Shown here: positions 16,569-27,075 of the stretch, piece after piece
Position numbering within the stretch: the first letter of the stretch is position 1
How the letters are laid out: the number at the start of each line of letters is the position of its first letter
Assembly: GCA_022821085.1 (NCBI GenBank)
Contig: JAJEEG010000006.1
Span: 689,330-753,329, forward strand
Direction of reading: 5' to 3'
DNA length: 64,000 nucleotides
Origin: Candidatus Latescibacterota bacterium
GTDB taxonomy: Bacteria; JAAXHH01
Position numbers and translations under genes: made by a program
Notes under the pieces: generated by a model
Told to the model about the DNA's origin: nothing
The model's database searches: none
What the model saw: only the letters and a program-made list of their open reading frames with translations

Positions 16569-18245
16569 TCAAAACTCGCAATCCGGACCGCGCAATACGC
16601 GCTGCACGCTTTCCGCGCCGGTCCGTCCTTCCGCGCCCGTCTGGCCATGCGCGCCGGTCAGGCCATGCGCGCCGGTCAGGCCATGCGCGGCATCGACATA
16701 AAGCATTTTCCGGGCTTGTTCCCTGGTCCGAATATCATGTATGGTCTGGATCGTTTCAAGCTTATCCAGCAGGCGGCCGACCTCCGGCCCCTCGGGCAGG
16801 CCCAGGTCGTCCATGATGTCCGCGCCGTTCAACATCAGGCCCTTTGCCCGCAGGTTCCGGTGCCGGGTATAAAGCCGCAGGAGCCGGTGCGCGGCCTTCG
16901 CGGTCCTTCCGCCCGTCGCGTTACCCTCGTCCGGTGCGTGCGCCAGGGCGAGGAGCGCCGCGCCGGGGGTATCGTCTTTCGACCCGCGGAGAATCCGGCA
17001 GAGCGCTTCGTCGTCCGGTTCCCGCAAAGCGGTCCCCTCGAGCAACCAGACCGCCCCGAACACCAACTGGTGGAGCGACTGCCTTTCCCGCCTGCTCAGT
17101 CTCAACCGGTCCGCCGCGCCTTCGACCAGCTCGAGGGTTGGGTCCGTGCCACCAGCCGAGCCGCCGTCCGCGCCTTCGACCAGTTCAGGGGTTGGGTCCG
17201 TGCTGCCAGCCGCGCCGCCGTCCGCGCCTTCGACCTGGTCAGCGGTCGGGACCGTGCCGCTGGCCCGGATGCCGCACAGTAACAGGCTGGCGAATCGGAG
17301 GATCCACAGGCTGGTCCGGTCTCCCGCCATTTTTGCTTCGTATCCGGTCAGGTGGGCGTAAAGTCCCTGGTCCTCCAGGAAAACGTCCCTGGCGATGAGC
17401 CGGTCCGTCTGCTCCAGGCGACGAAACGTCGAGGTCGACGCCGATGCCGACGACGATTCCATCCACCCGGAAAAGAGCGACCCGAACACGCCGGAACGTA
17501 CCATGGCGGACACCCGGTCCGAGGTGCGGCGCCGACCCATAATCAAGGATAGTTCGTAGAGCAGGCGTTCGCCCGATACCTCCCGCAGGTCTTCGTTGAG
17601 TGCCGTGAGCCACGCCTCGGTACGTGACGTGATTCCCAGGCCGAATTGACCGGCAAGCCGAAACGCCCTCAAAACGCGCAGCGGGTCGTCGCGGAAGGAC
17701 GCCTCGGAAACGGCATTGAGCCGCCTTGCCGCGAGGTCGGCCGCGCCGCCCAGGGGATCGATGACCGACGGCCTGCCGTCCAGCACATCCGCCAGGCGCA
17801 CGGCCATGGCGTTGATGGTGAAATCCCGCTTGCGGAGATCCGCCTCCAGGGAATCGCCTTTGAAGGACGAGATATCGATCGTGAACCGACGCCGCAACAC
17901 GACGCGCCCGGTTCGGTCCGTATCGTCGAGCGGCACGAAGGGACAGCGAAGGCGGTCCGCCAGTTTCCGTCCCAGCGCCAGTCCGTCCGCCGCGAGCGTG
18001 AGGTCCAGGTCGCGTACCGTGCGGCCCAGGATGGCATCCCGTACGGAACCGCCCACGAGATAGACTTCGTGGTTCACTTCCCGGCACAGGTCGGCCAGAT
18101 CGGAGGCCAGTCGCCTATGGGCCTTCAAGAGGGGCTGAACAGGATCGACAAGGGCTGACATCGGGTATTCAAAAGGCGTGGGGTCGTGGGTCGGAGGGGA
18201 AATTGGCCATCGCACGGGGAACCGGCGAAGCATGGGCCGGGACAC
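16569..18245 (-). CDS. tRNA nucleotidyltransferase / poly(A) polymerase family protein (CCA-adding-enzyme-like) with internal tandem repeats
   Basis: Class II nucleotidyltransferase head (VYLVGGSVRDAILGRTVRDLDL, RDFTINAM). Contains an in-frame roughly 54-nt x 2.5 repeat (ELVEGADGGxAGxTDPT) and a C-terminal 21-nt x 3 repeat (AHGLTG). Confidence 0.8.
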   Translation of the reverse strand: MSRPMLRRFPVRWPISPPTHDPTPFEYPMSALVDPVQPLLKAHRRLASDLADLCREVNHEVYLVGGSVRDAILGRTVRDLDLTLAADGLALGRKLADRLRCPFVPLDDTDRTGRVVLRRRFTIDISSFKGDSLEADLRKRDFTINAMAVRLADVLDGRPSVIDPLGGAADLAARRLNAVSEASFRDDPLRVLRAFRLAGQFGLGITSRTEAWLTALNEDLREVSGERLLYELSLIMGRRRTSDRVSAMVRSGVFGSLFSGWMESSSASASTSTFRRLEQTDRLIARDVFLEDQGLYAHLTGYEAKMAGDRTSLWILRFASLLLCGIRASGTVPTADQVEGADGGAAGSTDPTPELVEGADGGSAGGTDPTLELVEGAADRLRLSRRERQSLHQLVFGAVWLLEGTALREPDDEALCRILRGSKDDTPGAALLALAHAPDEGNATGGRTAKAAHRLLRLYTRHRNLRAKGLMLNGADIMDDLGLPEGPEVGRLLDKLETIQTIHDIRTREQARKMLYVDAAHGLTGAHGLTGAHGQTGAEGRTGAESVQRVLRGPDCEF

Positions 18246-18408
18246 CCGGTAGCCATCGAGCCGGATTCCACCGAAAACTATGGGTCCGGAACATCCGAGT
18301 CAAGGGATTTGTCGGTTGACAGGCCGGCGCTTTTCGGCCCATCTTTAGCACAGGACGCTGGTTCGAAAGCGTGCCGTCGGACTGGGCTTCGGAGGGCGAT
18401 GATTCCAG

Positions 18409-19149
18409 ATGCAACTCTACCCCGCGATCGACATCAGACAGGGGCGATGCGTCCGGCTCGTCAAGGGCAGGCGCGATCGCGAAACGGTGTACGGTGATTC
18501 CCCTGCGGGAGTCGCGTTGCGATGGAAATCGCAAGGCGCAACCTACTTGCATGTCGTCGACCTGGACGGTGCGTTCACCGGCGAAGCGGGCAACCGGACC
18601 AGTGTCGTCGGCATCCTGGAACAGGCCGACATGCCGGTGCAGCTGGGCGGAGGCATCCGTACGCCCGAGGCTGTGGAGGCCTGGCTGTCGCTGGGAGTGC
18701 GCCGCGTCATCCTGGGTACGGCGGCCGTGGAGCGTCCCGACATGGTGCGGCAGGTGGTGGAGGCGTGGGGACCTGAACGCATCGTCGTCGGCATCGACGC
18801 CAGGGCGGGACGGGTCGCGGTCAATGGCTGGACGTCCGGAGCGTCCTGTTCATCGCTCGAACTGGCGGAGGCCATGAAGGAAGCCGGGGTCTGCAGGATC
18901 GTCTACACGGACATCGACCGGGATGGTACGATGAACGGACTGGATACCGGTTCGACGGCGCGCCTGGCGCGTGAAAGCGGAATGCGGGTGATCGCGTCGG
19001 GAGGCGTGGCCACGCTGGACGACCTCGAACGAGCCTCCGGGGCCGTCGCGGACGGCCTGGAAGGGGTCGTGCTCGGCAAATCCCTGTACGAAGGAACGAT
19101 CGACCTGCCGGAAGCCGTGCGCAAATACCAGTCTGCCCCGGACGCATAG
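18409..19149 (+). CDS. hisA: ProFAR isomerase (HisA/PriA family)
   Basis: 246 aa product. Begins LYPAIDIRQGRCVRLVKG...LHVVDLDGA... (TIM-barrel HisA). GGAGGG RBS. Confidence 0.85.
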   Translation: MQLYPAIDIRQGRCVRLVKGRRDRETVYGDSPAGVALRWKSQGATYLHVVDLDGAFTGEAGNRTSVVGILEQADMPVQLGGGIRTPEAVEAWLSLGVRRVILGTAAVERPDMVRQVVEAWGPERIVVGIDARAGRVAVNGWTSGASCSSLELAEAMKEAGVCRIVYTDIDRDGTMNGLDTGSTARLARESGMRVIASGGVATLDDLERASGAVADGLEGVVLGKSLYEGTIDLPEAVRKYQSAPDA

Positions 19150-19166
19150 GACCCTGGAGAGGAACC

Positions 19167-20813
19167 ATGCCGGAACACACCGTCGAAGTCCTGATGATCG
19201 AAGACAACCCCGTGCACGTGCAGCTGATTCGCCACTACATGGAATCCAGCCGGCTTTCGACCCGACTTCACGTCGCCGGGACGCTCCGGGAAGGGCTGGA
19301 CCTGATCGGGGAAGCGTCCTTCGACGTGGTGCTGCTGGACCTTGTCCTGCCTGACAGCGCCGATCTCGACACGCTCCACAGCGTGCGCGCGGCCGCTCCG
19401 GACCTGCCGGTCATCATACTCACCGGGCTCGACGACGTTTCCCTGGCCGCCACGGCCGTGGAGTCGGGCGCCCAGGACTATATCGTGAAGACCCAGGCCA
19501 ACACCACCATGCTGTCCCGTTCCATACACTATGCCATCGAACGCGTGCGCGCGCGTAGCGGCGAGTGGGATTCGGCCATGTTCAAACTGGCACAGCAGCA
19601 GTTTTTGAAGGCCGCGCAGATCATGGGACTGGACGAGAACATCCGGGAACGGCTGCTCTTTCCCCAGCGGACCCATATCGTGACGCTCCCCTTTCGCCGG
19701 GACGAATACCATCTCGTGGAGAACGTCTTCGGTTACCGGGTGCAACACCTGCTCACCATGGGTCCGACCAAGGGCGGCATCCGTTACCACGAGGACGTGA
19801 ACCTGGGGGAGGTCTCCGCCCTGGCCATGTGGATGACCTGGAAATGCGCGCTGATCAACCTGCCCTTCGGCGGCGCCAAGGGCGGCGTCCGGATCGACCC
19901 GACTGACCTGTCCCGCCGCGAGCTGCAGCGCCTTACCCGCCGCTTTACGTCGGAAATCATCGACATCATCGGACCGGACAAGGACATCCCCGCCCCCGAC
20001 ATGGGCACCGACGAGCAGGTCATGGCCTGGATCATGGATACGTACAGCCAGCAGGCGGGCTACACGGTACCGGGCGTCGTCACCGGCAAGCCGGTCGTGC
20101 TGGGCGGGTCCCTGGGACGCCGGGAAGCCACCGGCCGCGGCCTGGTCTACCTGATCGAGGAGGCCGCGAAGCACACGGGCTTGTCCCTGGACGGCGCCAC
20201 GGCGGTGGTCCAGGGCTTCGGCAACGTGGGCAGCAACACGGCGCGCTTCCTGGACGAGGACGGGGTCAAGGTGGTCGCGGTTAGCGACGTCACCACAGGA
20301 ATCTACAATGCCAACGGGCTGTCACTGGAGGACGTGTACAGGCACTGCGACGAAAACCGTTTCCTGCAGGGCTATCCCGAGGCCGACGAGGTAACCAACC
20401 AGGAACTGCTGGAACTGCCCTGCGACATCCTCGCCCCGGCCGCGCTGCAGAACCAGATCACCGGAGACAACGCGGACCGGTTGCAGTGCAGGCTTCTCGC
20501 GGAAGGGGCCAACGGACCCACCACGCTCGATGCCGACGAGATCCTCGCGGAAAAGGACGTGTTCATTCTGCCGGACGTCCTGGGCAACGCCGGTGGCGTG
20601 ACCGTTTCGTACTTCGAATGGGTGCAGGATACGCAGAACTACACGTGGACGCTCGAGGAGATCAACAGCAGGCTGCACAACATCCTCATCGACGCTTTCG
20701 GCAGGACCGTACACCGGGCTTCCGAAGACAGGATCGACATGCGTACCGCGGCATTGATCGAGGGGATCAGCCGGGTGACCCAGGCGAAACTGCTTCGGGG
20801 GATCTTCCCCTGA
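19167..20813 (+). CDS. Response-regulator receiver domain fused to glutamate dehydrogenase (REC-GDH)
   Basis: Residues about 5-125 form a complete CheY-like REC. It has the acidic pair IEDNP, a phospho-acceptor Asp in VVLLDLVLP, a Thr in VIILTGL and a Lys in DYIVKTQ. Residues about 150-548 form a Glu/Leu/Phe/Val dehydrogenase with GDH motifs PTKGGIRYH and LPFGGAKGGVRIDP and a Rossmann GFGNVG. The reading frame is continuous, with no internal stop. GGAGAGG RBS. Confidence 0.85.
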   Translation: MPEHTVEVLMIEDNPVHVQLIRHYMESSRLSTRLHVAGTLREGLDLIGEASFDVVLLDLVLPDSADLDTLHSVRAAAPDLPVIILTGLDDVSLAATAVESGAQDYIVKTQANTTMLSRSIHYAIERVRARSGEWDSAMFKLAQQQFLKAAQIMGLDENIRERLLFPQRTHIVTLPFRRDEYHLVENVFGYRVQHLLTMGPTKGGIRYHEDVNLGEVSALAMWMTWKCALINLPFGGAKGGVRIDPTDLSRRELQRLTRRFTSEIIDIIGPDKDIPAPDMGTDEQVMAWIMDTYSQQAGYTVPGVVTGKPVVLGGSLGRREATGRGLVYLIEEAAKHTGLSLDGATAVVQGFGNVGSNTARFLDEDGVKVVAVSDVTTGIYNANGLSLEDVYRHCDENRFLQGYPEADEVTNQELLELPCDILAPAALQNQITGDNADRLQCRLLAEGANGPTTLDADEILAEKDVFILPDVLGNAGGVTVSYFEWVQDTQNYTWTLEEINSRLHNILIDAFGRTVHRASEDRIDMRTAALIEGISRVTQAKLLRGIFP

Positions 20814-20847
20814 CGACCGCCGGCCTGCGTTGACCGGGAGGTAGGCC

Positions 20848-23800
20848 ATGGCTACTACGGAAACCGACGGACCTGCATCAGAAACAGACGCTGCTTCGAC
20901 GGAAATCGGTACGACTACTACAGCGTTCGATCCGGCATCGACGGAGATCGACGCGGCGTGGGTGCGGCTGCTGCAGAAAGCCGCGTACCTGTGCAGCATG
21001 ATCGTCATCGCGTGCTCGGTGCTCGTGCTTGCCGGCTGGCTGCTCGATCTCGCCGTCCTGCGGGGTTTGGTCAACCCCGGGCGGGTTCCCATGAATCCGC
21101 TCACGGCCGCCGCCTTTCTGCTGGCCGGCGGCACGTTGTGCGCGTTGCTGCCGAGGAACGCTTCGGCCTATCGCAGGTGGGCGGGTTTCGCAGGCGCGGC
21201 GCTGCTCATGACGCTGGGGGCCGTCAAGCTCTTCGACGTGGACGTTGGCGGCAAGGGCATCGACCAGTGGCTCTTCGCGGCGTCCCTCGGCGGCAGCCGC
21301 ATGGCGCCGCACACCGCCTTCACGTTCATGCTGGTGGGCCTTGCGCTCCTGCTGCTGGACCTGCGCGGGCCGAGACACTGGCTGTCCCACGTCTGCGTCA
21401 TGAACGCCGGGATCATCGCCCTGCTGTCCCTGGCCGGGGCGATCTACAGCACCATGGTACTGTACCGGGTTTCCGGCGTGATCCCCATCACGCTGAACTC
21501 CGCCCTGGGCTTCGGCGTCCTGTGCGTCGGCATATTCTGCGCGCGTCCCCGACGCGAACCGGCGGCCACCCTGGTCAGCGCTACGGCCGGCGGCCTCATG
21601 GCCCGCCGCCTGCTCCCCGCGGCCTTTCTCATACCCATCATCCTGGGCTGGCTCCAGTTCCAGGGAGAAAGGGCGGGTTTCTACGGTGTGGAGTTCGGTC
21701 ATTCGATCTTTGTCGTCTGTAACGTGATCGCCTTCAATATCCTGATCTGGTGGAACGCCCGCTCGATCGGGCAGATCGACGCGGAACGCACGCGAATCGC
21801 AAGCGAACTGCACCGGCAGAACGCCCTGCTGGAGCAGACGACCCACGACATGGTGCTCTTCCAGGGTGAACTCCAGGAAGCCAAGGAGTCCGCCGAGGAG
21901 GCCAGCCGCGCCAAGAGCGAATTCCTCGCCAACATGAGCCACGAGATCCGCACCCCGATCAACGGGATAACCGGCATGACCCAGCTCATGCTGCATACCG
22001 ACCTCACCTCCCGGCAGCGGGAGTTCATGCGGCTCATCGATCAGTCCACGGAATCGCTCCAGGGCCTGTTGAACGATATCCTGGACTTCTCGAAGATCGA
22101 GGCGGGCCGCCTGGAACTCGAATCGATCCCCTTCGAACTGCGGGAACGCATCGCCAATACCGTGCAGGCCATGTCGATCCCCGCTACGGAAAAGGGCCTG
22201 GAACTGGCGTACCGGGTCGCTCCCGACGTGCCCGACCAGCTTGTGGGCGACCCGGGACGGCTGAGCCAGATCGTGATCAACCTGGTCGGAAACGCCATCA
22301 AGTTCACGGAAGCGGGAGACGTGGTCCTTTCCATGTCGCTGGCCTCGGAATCGGAGGAAGCCGTTACGCTGGCCTGCTCGGTGGCCGACACGGGCATCGG
22401 CATACCGGAAGACAAGCAGCAGCTGATCTTCGACGTCTTCAGCCAGGCGGACAGTTCCATGTCGCGGAAGTACGGCGGTACGGGCCTGGGACTGGCCATC
22501 TGCGCGCAGTTGACCGCCATGATGAACGGCCGCATCTGGGTCAAAAGCGAAGAAAGCCGGGGAAGCACCTTCCACTTTACCGTCGACCTGCAAAAACGGC
22601 GCGACGCGGTGGAAAAGCCGGTCGTGGACGCCCGGCCGCTGGCCGGCCTGCGGGTACTCGTGGTCGACGACCATCCCACCAATCGGAAGTTTCTGGTCGA
22701 CATGCTGGCCGAATGGTCCATGCAGACCGCGGAAGCCGGTACGGGGGTGGAAGCCCTCACCGCCCTTACCGGCGATGACGGCGAAGCCATCCGGCTGGTC
22801 CTGCTGGACGAAACCATGCCGGAAATGGAAGAGCACGGGCTCATCCGGGAAATCAACCGGTGCGCCGACGGCAGGAACCTCGACGTCATCCTGCTCGTCT
22901 CCGCCGGACAGCGGGCCGACCCCGGGATAGGCGACTATGCCGGAATCGCCTGTACGGTCAGCAAGCCGGTCAAGCAATCCGACCTGCTGAACGCCATCAT
23001 GGATACCGTGGCCGGCACGTGCGCTCCCGCGCTGGATGAGGGCGCCGACGGCTTGTCCGAAGGGGTGGTGCCGCAGCGCATCCTCCTGGCCGAGGACGGC
23101 GCCGTGAACCAGCGCGTCGCGGTCCTCATGCTGGAGTCCAGGGGTCATGAAGTCACCGTTGCGAACAACGGCAGGGAAGCGGTCGAGCGGTTCAAGTCCG
23201 GCGCGTTCGACCTGATCCTGATGGATGTGCAGATGCCCGAGATGGACGGACTGGAGGCCACGCGGACCATCCGCGGCCTGGAAACGGACGGCGATCATAT
23301 CCCCATTGTCGCCATGACGGCCCACGCCATGAGCGGCGATCGGGAGCGGTGCCTGGAGGCCGGGATGGACGATTACCTGTCCAAGCCCATCCAGGCCCGG
23401 TTGCTGTACACGGCGGTGGAGGGCGCGCAGGCGGCGGTGAGAGGCGCGCAGGCGGCGGCGAGAGGCGCGCAGACGTCTTCCGGGGAGCGTGCTTCAATGG
23501 CGGACCGGGAGGAGACCGTCCCATCATCGGCCTCCGCGCCCGTCGATTGGGACAAGGCCGTTGCCCGGGTTGGCGGGGACGAAGCCGTGATCGCGGAACT
23601 GGCCGGACTCTTCCTGGCCGAGTGCCCGGGGCTCGAGACCGGCATGCGCGAGGCGGTGGATGCGGGCAACGCCGCCGATCTGAGACGGCATGCCCATACG
23701 TTGAAGGGTTCCGCGGGGATTTTCCAGGCCGAGGCCGCCGTCGATGCCGCCCAGCGCCTGGAAAAGATGGGCAGGGACGGAGACCTGGACGGTGCGGAAG

Positions 23801-23892
23801 AGGCGCTGTCGGCACTCGCCCATGAACTGGACCGGTTGAAGCCGGTCCTCGCGGCACGTGTCGCCGAAGTGAAACCGCAGGCCGGGAGCTGA
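20848..23892 (+). CDS. Hybrid sensor histidine kinase: about 8-TM N-terminal sensor, HisKA, HATPase_c, REC, REC, HPt
   Basis: 1014 aa product. Eight hydrophobic helices lie in residues about 45-310, followed by a coiled coil. H-box [15 protein letters not shown]. ATPase G-box GTGLGLAIC. Two receiver domains ([10 protein letters not shown]... and [11 protein letters not shown]...[13 protein letters not shown]). C-terminal HPt with [12 protein letters not shown]. It starts 34 nt after the REC-GDH stop. GGGAGG RBS. Confidence 0.9.
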   Translation: MATTETDGPASETDAASTEIGTTTTAFDPASTEIDAAWVRLLQKAAYLCSMIVIACSVLVLAGWLLDLAVLRGLVNPGRVPMNPLTAAAFLLAGGTLCALLPRNASAYRRWAGFAGAALLMTLGAVKLFDVDVGGKGIDQWLFAASLGGSRMAPHTAFTFMLVGLALLLLDLRGPRHWLSHVCVMNAGIIALLSLAGAIYSTMVLYRVSGVIPITLNSALGFGVLCVGIFCARPRREPAATLVSATAGGLMARRLLPAAFLIPIILGWLQFQGERAGFYGVEFGHSIFVVCNVIAFNILIWWNARSIGQIDAERTRIASELHRQNALLEQTTHDMVLFQGELQEAKESAEEASRAKSEFLANMSHEIRTPINGITGMTQLMLHTDLTSRQREFMRLIDQSTESLQGLLNDILDFSKIEAGRLELESIPFELRERIANTVQAMSIPATEKGLELAYRVAPDVPDQLVGDPGRLSQIVINLVGNAIKFTEAGDVVLSMSLASESEEAVTLACSVADTGIGIPEDKQQLIFDVFSQADSSMSRKYGGTGLGLAICAQLTAMMNGRIWVKSEESRGSTFHFTVDLQKRRDAVEKPVVDARPLAGLRVLVVDDHPTNRKFLVDMLAEWSMQTAEAGTGVEALTALTGDDGEAIRLVLLDETMPEMEEHGLIREINRCADGRNLDVILLVSAGQRADPGIGDYAGIACTVSKPVKQSDLLNAIMDTVAGTCAPALDEGADGLSEGVVPQRILLAEDGAVNQRVAVLMLESRGHEVTVANNGREAVERFKSGAFDLILMDVQMPEMDGLEATRTIRGLETDGDHIPIVAMTAHAMSGDRERCLEAGMDDYLSKPIQARLLYTAVEGAQAAVRGAQAAARGAQTSSGERASMADREETVPSSASAPVDWDKAVARVGGDEAVIAELAGLFLAECPGLETGMREAVDAGNAADLRRHAHTLKGSAGIFQAEAAVDAAQRLEKMGRDGDLDGAEEALSALAHELDRLKPVLAARVAEVKPQAGS

Positions 23893-23895
23893 AAA

Positions 23896-25032
23896 ATGAC
23901 GAGCGCGCTCCAGGAGCTCACCGCGAAACTCGTTTCGATCAACTCGACCAATCCCTCGCTGTCACCGGCCGCCGCGGGCGAGCAGGAAATCGCCGCCTTC
24001 GTCGCGGACTGGTGCCGGGACCGGTCCCTCGACGTGCGGATCGTGGATGCGGACGGACGTCCCAGCGTGGTTGCCGTCGCGCGGGGTACGGGGGGAGGCC
24101 GCTCGCTCATCCTGAACGGTCATCTCGATACGGTTGGCGTGGACGGCATGGACGACCCGTTCCTTCCGAGGATCGATGGCGGGAGAATGTACGGCCGCGG
24201 CGCCGGCGACATGAAGGCTTCAGTCGCCGCGATGATGGTTACACTGGCAAGCGCGCGGACAATGGCCTTGCGGGGGGACGTGGTCATGACGGCCGTCGCC
24301 GACGAAGAGGCCTACAGCGTCGGCACCACGGCCGTTCTGGACAGCGGCGTGACGGCCGACGCGGCCATCGTGACCGAACCCACCAACGGGGACGTCCTGG
24401 TCGCGCACAAGGGTTTCGTCTGGGCGGATGTAATCGCTCGGGGCCGCGCAGCGCATGGCTCCAGGCCGGAAGATGGACTGGACGCCATCACGAAGATGGG
24501 GGCGTTCCTCCAGGGGCTCGAACAACTTCAGGCCGAACTGGACCAACGAAAAGGAGATCCGCTGCTCGGTTCAGGATCGGTGCATGCGTCGGTCATCGCC
24601 GGCGGCCGTGAGATGTCAAGCTATCCCGCGACGTGCCGTCTCGGTGTAGAAAGGCGCACGGTCCCGGGAGAGACGGCAAGGAGCGCAATCTCGGAGCTGG
24701 AAGATATAGCCGAACGATGCCGTCGGGCCGATCCGGGTTTTCAAGCTACAGTCGATCTGACCTTCGAACGGCGGCCGTTCTCGATCGATACCGGTCATGA
24801 AATCGTCGAGCTGGTCAGGGCGGTCGCCGCACGGACATCCGGTCGCCGGCCCCGTATCTCCGGGAGTGCCGGCTGGATGGACGCCGCGCTGCTGAGTAGG
24901 CGCTCGATCCCGACGGTAATCTACGGACCTGCGGGAGGCGACTTTCACGGGGACAACGAATGGGTGGACGTGGCGTCGATCGAAGCCTGCGCCGAGGTGC
25001 TCACTGAGGTAGCCAAAGCGTACTGCGCATGA
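23896..25032 (+). CDS. M20-family metallo-deacylase (ArgE/DapE/carboxypeptidase G2-like)
   Basis: 378 aa product. M20 metal-binding motifs (NGHLDTV, GRGAGDMKAS, DEE). Starts 4 nt after the HK stop, so it is probably the same operon. Confidence 0.8.
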   Translation: MTSALQELTAKLVSINSTNPSLSPAAAGEQEIAAFVADWCRDRSLDVRIVDADGRPSVVAVARGTGGGRSLILNGHLDTVGVDGMDDPFLPRIDGGRMYGRGAGDMKASVAAMMVTLASARTMALRGDVVMTAVADEEAYSVGTTAVLDSGVTADAAIVTEPTNGDVLVAHKGFVWADVIARGRAAHGSRPEDGLDAITKMGAFLQGLEQLQAELDQRKGDPLLGSGSVHASVIAGGREMSSYPATCRLGVERRTVPGETARSAISELEDIAERCRRADPGFQATVDLTFERRPFSIDTGHEIVELVRAVAARTSGRRPRISGSAGWMDAALLSRRSIPTVIYGPAGGDFHGDNEWVDVASIEACAEVLTEVAKAYCA

Positions 25033-25059
25033 CCCTGCGCGATGCAAGCCCTTCCCGGA

Positions 25060-26754
25060 TCATGTTTTCTTTCCGTACCGCTCCAGGTACCTGTTTTCCG
25101 CTTCGATCGTCCCGATGAGCAGGATCTCGCACCCGGTGGAAAGTTTCATCGACGGAGGCGGGCTCACGATGCTCTCCTTCCCGGTGAAAACCGCCGCGAT
25201 GTAGCATCCCGTCTCCGGGTAGACTTGAGACTCGGCGATGGTCTTGCCGGCAAGTTCGCGGGGAAGCCTGACCCGAAAGAAGTTCAACCCTTCCGTGATC
25301 ATGACAATGTCGTTCCGCTTGAGCAGGTTCAGGATGATATTGGCGCCCATGGAAGCGTAGGACATGACGAAGTCGGCCCCTGCCCGGTGAAGCGCTTCCA
25401 CGTTCCTTTCCTGTTTCGCCCGGGTGATGATCTGTATATCCGGCCGCAGCTTGCGGCAGTAGATCGTGAGGTAGATGTTGATGTCGTCTTCGTGGGACGT
25501 GATGATGACGGTGGGCGCGTCCATGAGACCGGCCTTCTTCATGGTTTCGATATCCGCCGCGTCGCCCAGTACGTAGTGTTTTTCATCCCGAATCCGGTCG
25601 GCCTGCTGCTCGATGATCCGGTAGTCCAGCCCCCTTTCCACAAGCGTACTTCCCGCGGACCGTCCCACGCGTCCGCCGCCGATGATGACGATGGGAGGAT
25701 CGGATACGTTGTAGATGGCGAAAAGCTCGTTGTAGGAAGTGATCTGGCTTTCCGTCCCCAGGAGCACCAGGATCATCCGCTCGGTCAGCGGCGTATCGGG
25801 CGCGATCACGTGGAACCTTCCCCGCTCCCACACGCCGACGACCGTGACACCGGTCAGTTCGCGAAGGCGCGTCTCGCGCAGGGTCTTGCCGATGAGCGGA
25901 GTATCCACGATGCTCGCGTCGGCGACCATCAGGTCTTCGACGTTTCCGAGAACGTGGGACATGGAATCCACGCTCGACGCAAGCCGGGCGAGGAGCTGCC
26001 CCATCTGCTGTCCCAGCTGGATCACGTGGGTGCAGCCCGCCAGTTCTAGGATATCCACGGAGTCGGGTGAATTCGCCGTGGCCAGGATGGGGATTTCCCG
26101 GTTGATATTCCGGATCGTGAAGGCGATGCTGGTGTTCAGCGTGTCCTTGCCGGTAGCCACTACGAGCGCCGCCTGGTCAACATTCGCATGCCGGTAGGTC
26201 TCCGCGTTGTCCAGGTCGCCGTATACGACATTCAGGCCCCGGTCGTGGAGGAGCAGCGCTTCGTCCAGATCGGGAATGATGAAAACGTAATCGTTCCCGT
26301 ACTGCCTGAGCCTGGAGGCAAGCGAACTCGTCACCTCGTCATGATGGGTGATGACCACGTGGTCCTGGAAGTTCGGTTCCAGCGATCGAGGCGCGCGCGC
26401 GATGGAGTGGGCGCTGAGCCAGGGACGGTAGATGAACTCGACAAAGGCCACGGGGAGCACGATGATCAGCGTCGTAAGGCCCGTCAGCAACACGCAAAGT
26501 GAAAAGATCCGCCCCAGGTCGCTGGTAAAGACGATGTCGCCGTACCCGAGCGTGGTCATGGTGACCAGCGTCCAGTAGAATCCGGTGAACCACGTATGTT
26601 CCCGTCCCTCCATTTCCTGGAGCTGGTGGAACAGGAACGTATAGACCAGGATCAACAGGAAGAGGAAGATGAAGAACCGGTAGAAGAACTTCAGGTTTCC
26701 CGATCCGATCGTGGTGCGCAATACGCCCAGGTACTGTCTTAAGAAGGTCTGCAT
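25060..26754 (-). CDS. Potassium channel with tandem RCK (TrkA-N/TrkA-C) domains
   Basis: 564 aa product. Pore helix plus selectivity filter TTLGYGD, and two TM helices. Two Rossmann RCK modules (VVITHHDEV... and IVIIGGGRVGRS...). Confidence 0.85.
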   Translation of the reverse strand: MQTFLRQYLGVLRTTIGSGNLKFFYRFFIFLFLLILVYTFLFHQLQEMEGREHTWFTGFYWTLVTMTTLGYGDIVFTSDLGRIFSLCVLLTGLTTLIIVLPVAFVEFIYRPWLSAHSIARAPRSLEPNFQDHVVITHHDEVTSSLASRLRQYGNDYVFIIPDLDEALLLHDRGLNVVYGDLDNAETYRHANVDQAALVVATGKDTLNTSIAFTIRNINREIPILATANSPDSVDILELAGCTHVIQLGQQMGQLLARLASSVDSMSHVLGNVEDLMVADASIVDTPLIGKTLRETRLRELTGVTVVGVWERGRFHVIAPDTPLTERMILVLLGTESQITSYNELFAIYNVSDPPIVIIGGGRVGRSAGSTLVERGLDYRIIEQQADRIRDEKHYVLGDAADIETMKKAGLMDAPTVIITSHEDDINIYLTIYCRKLRPDIQIITRAKQERNVEALHRAGADFVMSYASMGANIILNLLKRNDIVMITEGLNFFRVRLPRELAGKTIAESQVYPETGCYIAAVFTGKESIVSPPPSMKLSTGCEILLIGTIEAENRYLERYGKKT

Positions 26755-26894
26755 GGCGAATCCCGGATGGCCGGTTATGGTTTCGGGTCACGACACGGCG
26801 GAACCTGCCCGCACCGTGCACCGAGCTGCGAAGTAACCAGTCTAAAACCATCCCGCCGTACTGTCAAGCCCACACGGGAGGCCCGTGGTCGAAA

Positions 26895-27075
26895 TGTCGA
26901 ATCCCGCTCCCGGTTCCGGTCAAACCGCGATCCCGCTCCCGGCTTCGGCCGCACCGCGGTCCCGCTCCCGGCCCCGTGTTTTTCTCCTTGCTCCTCCGCC
27001 CGCCGTTACTTTAACCTGCCAGATGCACGCGGCTTTTCGGTCGCGGGCATATTTGTCGCGGGCGGTCAGGGCCCG
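26895..27075. repeat. Repeat-rich divergent intergenic region: 3 x 'ATCCCGCTCCCGG...ACCGCG' units, then 3 x direct GTCGCGGGC spaced 17-20 bp
   Basis: Direct reading. ATCCCGCTCCCGG occurs at about 26897, 26927 and 26957. GTCGCGGGC occurs at about 27040, 27057 and 27085. The region lies between the divergent K+ channel and dipeptidase genes. Confidence 0.7.
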
